From NCBI GenBank assembly GCA_023229825.1, contig JALNYN010000005.1, positions 1,933 through 65,932 on the forward strand: a DNA stretch of 64,000 nucleotides, in the 5' to 3' direction. The notes under the pieces are model-generated. The model saw nothing but the letters and a program-made list of their open reading frames with translations. It searched no databases and was not told the DNA's origin. Origin of the DNA: Minisyncoccota bacterium. GTDB taxonomy: Bacteria; Patescibacteriota; Minisyncoccia; Phycocordibacterales; CAIJYI01. Position numbers and translations under genes: made by a program. This document shows, in pieces, positions 58,398-64,000 of the stretch. Position 1 is the first letter of the stretch. Each line of letters begins with the position of its first letter.

Positions 58398-59552
58398 ATG
58401 AAATATATTGACGAATTTCGCGACAAGGAAGTTGCGAAGGGGGTGATCGCCGAGATCAAAAGAACGGTCGAGGAGATCAAACAAAACCCTGAAATAAAAT
58501 TGCCGATTCGCATAATGGAAATTTGCGGAGGGCAAACCCATTCGATCTTACAGTACGGTATCCATTCGGCGCTTCCCGAGGAGGTGGAATTTGTCCACGG
58601 TCCGGGATGTCCCGTTTGCGTTACTCCCATTGAAACCATCAACCTTGCTCTGGAACTCGCGAAACAGCCGAACGTGATCTTCACGTCCTTCGGCGACATG
58701 CTGCGCGTTCCCGGCTCGGATGAAAATATGTTTGAAGCAAAAGCGAAAGGAGCCGACATTCGGTGGGTGCGGTATTCTCCAACTGAAGCGGTCGAGATCG
58801 CGAAACAAAATCCCGACAAAGAAGTCATATTTTTTGCCATCGGATTTGAAACCACAACGGCCCCGATCACCGCAGCGCTCCATAGAGCAGAAACGGACGG
58901 AGTGAAAAACTTCTCGATCCTTCCCGCCATGGTTCGCGTTCCTCCCGCGCTCGAAGTAATTTTGAGCGATCCGGAATGCGTTGTTGACGGCATTCTCGCC
59001 GCCGGCCACGTGTGTACGGTTATGGGCACGGAAGAATACGAACCGCTCGTCCAAAAATACGGCGTTCCGATCGTGGTTACCGGTTTTCAGCCGGTAGACA
59101 TTTTGAACGGCACGCTTATGGTCTTGAAACAGTTGAGAGACGGTCGAAGTGAAATTGAAAATGCTTACGGATGGGTGGCTCGCGCTTCGGGCAATACCGT
59201 GGCAAAAACACTCATTGATAAGTATTTCAAGATAATCGATCGAAAATGGCGCGGTATCGGAACAATACCAAATAGCGGTTTCGGACTTCGCGATGAATAT
59301 CTTCATTACGATGCCGAACTGAAATGGAAAAATATAGATGCCCGAAAAGAACCCGAACCCAATGCATATTGCGGTCTCGTTCTGATGGGGAAAATTAAAC
59401 CAACAGAGTGTCCTTTTTTCAGAAAGGAATGTTCGCAAGAGCATCCTATCGGGGCGCTTATGGTTTCCTCGGAGGGCGCATGCGCGGCATACTTTTTGTA
59501 TCAGCAGGACATTAGCCCTTCGACAAGCTCAGGGCAAGGAGAAACTAAATGA
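58398..59552 (+). CDS. hypD: hydrogenase maturation factor HypD
   Basis: GPGCPVC, CGG...C, C-terminal CxxC-rich Fe-S motifs. Confidence 0.9.
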   Translation: MKYIDEFRDKEVAKGVIAEIKRTVEEIKQNPEIKLPIRIMEICGGQTHSILQYGIHSALPEEVEFVHGPGCPVCVTPIETINLALELAKQPNVIFTSFGDMLRVPGSDENMFEAKAKGADIRWVRYSPTEAVEIAKQNPDKEVIFFAIGFETTTAPITAALHRAETDGVKNFSILPAMVRVPPALEVILSDPECVVDGILAAGHVCTVMGTEEYEPLVQKYGVPIVVTGFQPVDILNGTLMVLKQLRDGRSEIENAYGWVARASGNTVAKTLIDKYFKIIDRKWRGIGTIPNSGFGLRDEYLHYDAELKWKNIDARKEPEPNAYCGLVLMGKIKPTECPFFRKECSQEHPIGALMVSSEGACAAYFLYQQDISPSTSSGQGETK

Positions 59553-60592
59553 CTTATAGTTTAGAATGCCCTGTGACGGGGTACAAAGAGACGGATGTCG
59601 TCACCATGGCCCACGGATCGGGCGGAGAGAGCATGCAAAAGCTCATCAGTGAAATGTTCGCAAAGGCGTTTCCCGATCTGCAAGCGGAAGATGATGCGGC
59701 AACTTTTGACGTATCGGGACCGGGGCAGTTCGCGACTAGTATCGATTCCTTCGTGGTTGACCCTATTTTCTTCAAGGGCGGAAATATAGCTTCGCTTTCC
59801 GTTCATGGAACGGTCAATGACTTGGCAATGAAGGGGGCAATGCCGCTTTATCTTAACGTCGCGTTCATTCTTGAGGAAGGACTCCCGTTAAGGCGGTTAA
59901 AATTGCTTGTTTTATTACTCGCAAGGGCAGCAAAAAAAGCTGGCATAAAGATCGTTACGGGCGATACGAAGGTCGTACCGAAAGGAAAAGGCGACGGCAT
60001 ATATATAATTACCTCCGGCATCGGCGTAGTCTTCTGCGAGAAAAGTTTGACTCCCGGACCGAAAAAAGTTTCGGTCGGAGACAAAATTATCGTTTCAGGA
60101 GACATCGGCCGACATGGCATGTCGATCATGTCTGCAAGAGAAGGATTTGATCCGCTTCGTTCGGATTCCGCTCCATTGAATGAAATGGTCAAGAGTTTGT
60201 ACGATCGGGATATCAATCCGAAATGTATGCGCGATGCAACACGAGGCGGAGTTGCCGCCGTGCTAAACGAGATAGCGAGAGTGAAAAAAGTTCACATCCG
60301 CATCGATGAGGAGAAAGTTCCCGTCGATGAGGAAATAAAAGGACTTGCAGAAATTCTCGGTTACGATCTGCTGCACGTGGCCAACGAAGGAAGATTTGTT
60401 CTTTTTGTAAAACCGGAAGATGCCGAAAAAACGGTAAAAATTCTCCAAACTTTTAAAGGTGGAGAACAAGCCGCCATCATCGGCGAAGTAGTGAAGGAAC
60501 ACAAAACCGGTTCGGTAACCGCAGAAACCCTTCTCGGCACCGAAAAACCCATACTAATGCCCGCTGGAGAGATCCTCCCGCGCATTTGTTAG
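59549..60592 (+). CDS. hypE: hydrogenase maturation factor HypE
   Basis: AIR-synthase-like fold, C-terminal PRIC motif; 4-bp overlap with hypD. Confidence 0.9.
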   Translation: MTYSLECPVTGYKETDVVTMAHGSGGESMQKLISEMFAKAFPDLQAEDDAATFDVSGPGQFATSIDSFVVDPIFFKGGNIASLSVHGTVNDLAMKGAMPLYLNVAFILEEGLPLRRLKLLVLLLARAAKKAGIKIVTGDTKVVPKGKGDGIYIITSGIGVVFCEKSLTPGPKKVSVGDKIIVSGDIGRHGMSIMSAREGFDPLRSDSAPLNEMVKSLYDRDINPKCMRDATRGGVAAVLNEIARVKKVHIRIDEEKVPVDEEIKGLAEILGYDLLHVANEGRFVLFVKPEDAEKTVKILQTFKGGEQAAIIGEVVKEHKTGSVTAETLLGTEKPILMPAGEILPRIC

Positions 60593-60623
60593 TAAAGAGT
60601 TGATCTTTTAGTGCAAAGAACCC

Positions 60624-60656
60624 AAAGGCGGTCAAATTGACCGCCTTTTTTTGTTT
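60624..60656 (+). terminator. rho-independent terminator after hypE
   Basis: aaaggcggtcaaattgaccgccttt + tttttt. Confidence 0.8.
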
Positions 60657-60700
60657 TTTCAAGGATTTGTGCTATGATAGCCAGTGTAAATCGAGATATT

Positions 60701-60770
60701 GGGGTGTAGTGTAATGGTAACACGCCTGCCTTTGAAGCAGGAGACTCTTGGTTCGAGCCCAAGCGCCCCA
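60701..60770 (+). tRNA. tRNA-Gln (anticodon TTG)
   Basis: Acceptor GGGGTGT/GCGCCCC (two G-U pairs), anticodon stem CCTGC/GCAGG with loop CTTTGAA, T-arm CTTGG-TTCGAGC-CCAAG; CCA not encoded. Confidence 0.7.
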
Positions 60771-60847
60771 GCACGCAAAAAATTACCTCGCAAAGGAGTA
60801 TCTTTTGCAGGTGATTTTTGTGTAAATTATTAGCATACGGATTTTAA

Positions 60848-60869
60848 AAAGAATGAGTGCCTGACTACC
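60848..60869 (+). repeat. family-C REP-like hairpin (degenerate)
   Basis: aaagaatgagtgcctgactacc between tRNA-Gln and ATPase gene. Confidence 0.45.
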
Positions 60870-60903
60870 GTTCGTAAGAGAATTATAACTGTCTCGAATT
60901 TAT

Positions 60904-62625
60904 ATGATTAAGAAGATTACCTTAGAAAATTTTCGATGTTTTCAGAAACATACATTATGCTTCCGGGACTTAACGGTTATTGTTGGTAAAAACAATGCAG
61001 GAAAATCCACTATTGTTGAAGCGTTGCGTTTAATTTCTTTAGTAACAAATAGGTACAGAAAACTTCCATATAAAATGCCTCCCGATTGGACTGATTTACC
61101 TAAAAAGTGTTTAGGAGTGAGTCCTTCTATAAAAGGACTGGATATTGGTTTAAATGGGTTATTTTTTCAAAACAACGATGGACCAGCAAAAATAACTGTT
61201 TTTTTTGATAATAACGCAAAAATCGATTTAATGATTGGAGAAAAAGCTGAGTTGTTCGCGTTAATATTTGACAGTCAGGGTAAGATTATTTTAAATAAAT
61301 CACAGGCGTTAATAAATGAGATGTCAGAAATAAACATTCTTCCTCAAATTGGTCCATTAAAAGACAAGGAGGATTTGCTTACTGAAGAATATGTGAAATA
61401 TAATATTTTTTCAAATCTCGCGTCCTTACATTTTCGAAACCAACTGATTCATCTCGGACAGTACTTTAATAAATTTAAAGAACTTTCAGAAAGTAGTTGG
61501 GAAGGTTTAAAAATAATTAGGTTTGAAAAAGGAAGTCAGTTAAATGATGAACCACCTTTTTTGCTCGTAGAAGATAGCAACTTTATTGGAGAGATTGCAA
61601 CAATGGGGCACGGCTTACAAATGTGGCTACAAACGATGTGGTTTCTCGCGAGATGTGATAAAAATTCAATCGTAATATTAGATGAGCCAGATGTTTATCT
61701 TCATGCAGATATGCAAAGAAATCTTATTAACTTCTTTAGGTGTAAATTTAAACAGGCGATAATAGCAACACATTCGATTGAAATCATTTCGGATGTTGAA
61801 CCGCTTAATATTTTGGTGGTAAAAAGAGAAAATAACGAGTCTGTGTTTCTAGATGGTGTTCCCGGGGTACAACAAATTATTGAGAGTTTGGGGAGCGTGC
61901 ATAATTTAGAATTAATCCGCTATTGGTCGGCAAAAAAATTCATATTTTTAGAAGGAAAAAAAGATGATCTTAAAATACTAGAAATCCTTCAAAAATTGTT
62001 CACCCTCAGTCCCCTGAATCTTTCTTCGATACCAGTAGGGTACACAGATGGGTGGTCTGGGTGGGAAAGAGTAATTGGACTGAACATAGGTCTTAAGAAT
62101 ACTGGAGTAGAAACATATTGTGTATTTGACTCTGACTATCATTTACCCGACGAAATCGAAAACAGATTGTTGAGTGCAGGGAAAAATAACATAAAAATTC
62201 ATATTTGGGATAAAAAAGAAATAGAGAATTATCTCATAATTCCCGCCGCCGTACTAAGGTATATTAAAAAACAGGCACATATAGGAAACCCAACACTACA
62301 ACTTATCAACAGTAAGGTATTAGGAATAGCCGAAGAGATAAAAAATGATATTGTGGATAATATTTCTGATGAAATAAAGAAAAGCGATCGCGGATTAAGC
62401 GTATCTACATGTAATAAAAAAGCAAGAGAAATGGTAAATACAAAATGGCAGCATCCTGATGATATTTTAACTATTATTCCAGGAAAACAAGTATTATCTT
62501 CTCTTAGCGATTGGTCTAAGCAGGAATTCAATGTATCTTTCAGTAAATTTCAAATTGCTAGTGAGCTTATTGAGTCTGAAATTAATAACGAGATAATTCG
62601 TGTTTTGAAATTTCTTCAAACTTGA
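60904..62625 (+). CDS. OLD-family-like protein: N-terminal ABC-type ATPase fused to C-terminal Toprim-like nuclease domain
   Basis: ITLENFRCF + Walker A GKNNAGKST, Q-loop, signature-like GHGLQ, Walker B ILDEPDVYLH, H-loop ATHS; C-terminal FIFLEGKKDD (Glu) and CVFDSDYH (DxD) spaced as in Toprim. Confidence 0.65.
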   Translation: MIKKITLENFRCFQKHTLCFRDLTVIVGKNNAGKSTIVEALRLISLVTNRYRKLPYKMPPDWTDLPKKCLGVSPSIKGLDIGLNGLFFQNNDGPAKITVFFDNNAKIDLMIGEKAELFALIFDSQGKIILNKSQALINEMSEINILPQIGPLKDKEDLLTEEYVKYNIFSNLASLHFRNQLIHLGQYFNKFKELSESSWEGLKIIRFEKGSQLNDEPPFLLVEDSNFIGEIATMGHGLQMWLQTMWFLARCDKNSIVILDEPDVYLHADMQRNLINFFRCKFKQAIIATHSIEIISDVEPLNILVVKRENNESVFLDGVPGVQQIIESLGSVHNLELIRYWSAKKFIFLEGKKDDLKILEILQKLFTLSPLNLSSIPVGYTDGWSGWERVIGLNIGLKNTGVETYCVFDSDYHLPDEIENRLLSAGKNNIKIHIWDKKEIENYLIIPAAVLRYIKKQAHIGNPTLQLINSKVLGIAEEIKNDIVDNISDEIKKSDRGLSVSTCNKKAREMVNTKWQHPDDILTIIPGKQVLSSLSDWSKQEFNVSFSKFQIASELIESEINNEIIRVLKFLQT

Positions 62626-62637
62626 GGAAATTTTAGT

Positions 62638-62661
62638 CAGAATGGGTGCCTGACCCCGATT
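62638..62661 (+). repeat. family-C REP-like hairpin
   Basis: cagaatgggtgcctgaccccgatt. Confidence 0.5.
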
Positions 62662-62710
62662 CTACTTATTCAAAATTCATGTACTAATGATTTAATCGGA
62701 TTGAAAAAAA

Positions 62711-63217
62711 ATGGATTGGGAAACCTTTATTATTGCTATACTTGGATCTGGTGCTGTTACCGCGCTTGTTAATGTATGGATGAATCACCGAACTCAAATT
62801 CGCGCAATAAAAGAGTCGGGGCTATATTCAAAACGAGCCGAAGTATTAGATGAAATAATGAAAAGAATGGAGGAACTCCATCGAATTATGGGGGAACTCG
62901 TTTCTTTTTTTCAAGATGACGGGTCGGCTGATGCTGAAAAAGCCCGACGTAAAAAAACAGCCGAGGCGTTTAATTGTTTTTTGGAGTATCTCAAGAGAAA
63001 TAGGCACTATTTACCACGGAAATTATCCGAGGAAATACAACACCTCTGCGATGAATATAAAGAGTTATTTATGAGTTTTTCTTTTGAAGCAAGGCCAGAA
63101 GAGGGGAGGTCAGACCTTAAAAAATGGAAATCGCTTATTGATAGGTACGATATGGATTTTACAGATCAACAGGAATGTATAGCCGACGAGTTTAGAAAAA
63201 TAATCGGTGTTAAATAA
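62711..63217 (+). CDS. hypothetical protein with N-terminal TM helix and helical cytoplasmic domain (partner of the ATPase-nuclease gene)
   Basis: FIIAILGSGAVTALVNVW hydrophobic helix, then charged helical region; no recognisable motif. Confidence 0.4.
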   Translation: MDWETFIIAILGSGAVTALVNVWMNHRTQIRAIKESGLYSKRAEVLDEIMKRMEELHRIMGELVSFFQDDGSADAEKARRKKTAEAFNCFLEYLKRNRHYLPRKLSEEIQHLCDEYKELFMSFSFEARPEEGRSDLKKWKSLIDRYDMDFTDQQECIADEFRKIIGVK

Positions 63218-63228
63218 TAGGTAATGGT

Positions 63229-63247
63229 AATGGGGTCAGGCACTATT
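63229..63247 (-). repeat. family-C REP-like hairpin, inverted orientation, immediately upstream of RAYT
   Basis: aatggggtcaggcactatt = reverse complement of aatagtgcctgaccccatt. Confidence 0.55.
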
Positions 63248-63261
63248 GTTTTTAAAAAAGT

Positions 63262-63957
63262 ATGATACAATATTCTCCTATGCCAAGAAATGAAAGAGTT
63301 GATGTCGGGGGTGAAGTCTATCACGTCATAAACAGAGGAAATGGCAGGCAGACTATTTTCCAAAATGAAGAAGACTATCTTCTTTTTGAATCACTGCTTG
63401 AACACGCAAAGGAATTTATTGTGGATATGAGAATCATCGCTTATACGATTATGCCGAATCATTGGCATCTTGTTTTGTATCCAAAAAAGGACGGTGATCT
63501 TTCTCTCTTTATGCACTGGCTTACGACAAGCCACACCCGAAAACATCATGTCATGAAAGAAAATATCGGTGGCGGGCATCTCTATCAAGGAAGATACAAA
63601 TCATTTCTTGTGGATACGGACAGTTATTTTCTCTCTGTTTTTAAATACGTAGAAAGAAATCCGATGAGGGCAAAGTTGACGGAAAATTGTGAAGATTGGC
63701 GATGGGGAAGTTCGTGGAGAAGATCGAACGGTTCGGAAAAAGAGAAAAAATTGCTTTCCTCGCCGCTCGTTGATTTTCCGGAAAAATACAGCGTATGGAT
63801 AAACAAACCGGAAAAAGAAGATGATGTTGTAAAGATCAGAAATTCGATAAATAAAGGAGTACCGTATGGTCGCGATATTTGGAGTATGGATATGGTTGAA
63901 AAATATGAATTGTCTTCATCGCTGAATAAGCCGGGGAGACCGAAGAAAAAACATTAG
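63262..63957 (+). CDS. REP-associated tyrosine transposase (RAYT; IS200/IS605-like Y1 HuH transposase family)
   Basis: HuH motif IMPNHWHLVL and catalytic Tyr context YQGRYKSFLVDTDSYFLSVFKYVERNPMRA; flanked by inverted REP-C hairpins. Confidence 0.8.
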   Translation: MIQYSPMPRNERVDVGGEVYHVINRGNGRQTIFQNEEDYLLFESLLEHAKEFIVDMRIIAYTIMPNHWHLVLYPKKDGDLSLFMHWLTTSHTRKHHVMKENIGGGHLYQGRYKSFLVDTDSYFLSVFKYVERNPMRAKLTENCEDWRWGSSWRRSNGSEKEKKLLSSPLVDFPEKYSVWINKPEKEDDVVKIRNSINKGVPYGRDIWSMDMVEKYELSSSLNKPGRPKKKH

Positions 63958-63972
63958 AACATGAAAATTACA

Positions 63973-63995
63973 AAAGAATGGTGCCTGACCCCATT
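63973..63995 (+). repeat. family-C REP-like hairpin, direct orientation, immediately downstream of RAYT
   Basis: aaagaatggtgcctgaccccatt. Confidence 0.55.
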
Positions 63996-64000
63996 AACCA

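Noticed and set aside
60770-64000. Prophage or integrative element with integrase at tRNA-Gln
   Set aside because: No integrase, phage structural or replication genes are seen within the window. Only a RAYT-type transposase is present, so the region is called a REP-punctuated island, not a prophage.

Overview
This 64-kb window looks chromosomal and probably comes from a small-genome, anaerobic, fermentative uncultivated bacterium. A CPR/Patescibacteria-like origin is inferred from gene content and style and has not been verified. All gene calls rest on motifs read by eye; no searches were run. Coordinates counted by hand (RNAs, repeats, terminators, revised starts) may be off by 1-2 nt, and CDS coordinates follow the ORF track where possible.

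Content of the window:
- Housekeeping genes: glyQS, guaB, pyk, dnaJ, tyrS, rplU, dnaX, xseAB, RNase P RNA, tRNA-Arg(CCG) and tRNA-Gln(TTG).
- Anaerobic energy genes: a 2-oxoacid:ferredoxin oxidoreductase (delta, alpha and a beta-gamma fusion), a group-3b-type [NiFe] hydrogenase operon hydBGDA, and hypFCDE about 30 kb away.
- Envelope and lipid genes: a processive GT2 synthase, a CDP-alcohol phosphatidyltransferase, plsC, and a homolog of cyanobacterial acyl-ACP reductase.
- Many small membrane proteins of unknown function.

The window is unusually dense in structured repeats:
- Family A: a 100-190 bp palindromic REPIN-like element in three copies. One copy sits inside a 487-bp MITE-like element bounded by 19-bp terminal inverted repeats (TIRs). 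One copy is translated in-frame inside xseA.
- Family B: a second REPIN-like element, consensus GTCATYCCGGxc...GATCCGGAATCCACG, in nine copies. One copy supplies the 3' end of hypF.
- Family C: a short REP-like hairpin, consensus AATGGTGCCTGACCCCATT, in seven copies, flanking a REP-associated tyrosine transposase (RAYT) gene.
- A 38-bp perfect palindrome equal to the two TIRs of the MITE-like element fused end to end.
- Smaller families D and E, and heptamer microsatellites.

The most interesting loci:
1. A tRNA-Gln-adjacent island at 60.7-64 kb. It carries an OLD-family-like ABC-ATPase/Toprim protein, a small membrane-anchored partner and the RAYT, with a family-C hairpin in every intergenic gap. 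This is the best candidate for a novel defense-like module.
2. A giant secreted protein at 33.7-37.9 kb with a beta-helix and a lipase-like hydrolase domain. It is followed by a triplicated cassette of small 4-TM protein genes, each with a conserved downstream segment, plus partial paralog copies whose homology boundaries coincide with family-C hairpins.
3. A [NiFe] hydrogenase large subunit fused at its C-terminus to its own maturation endopeptidase domain.
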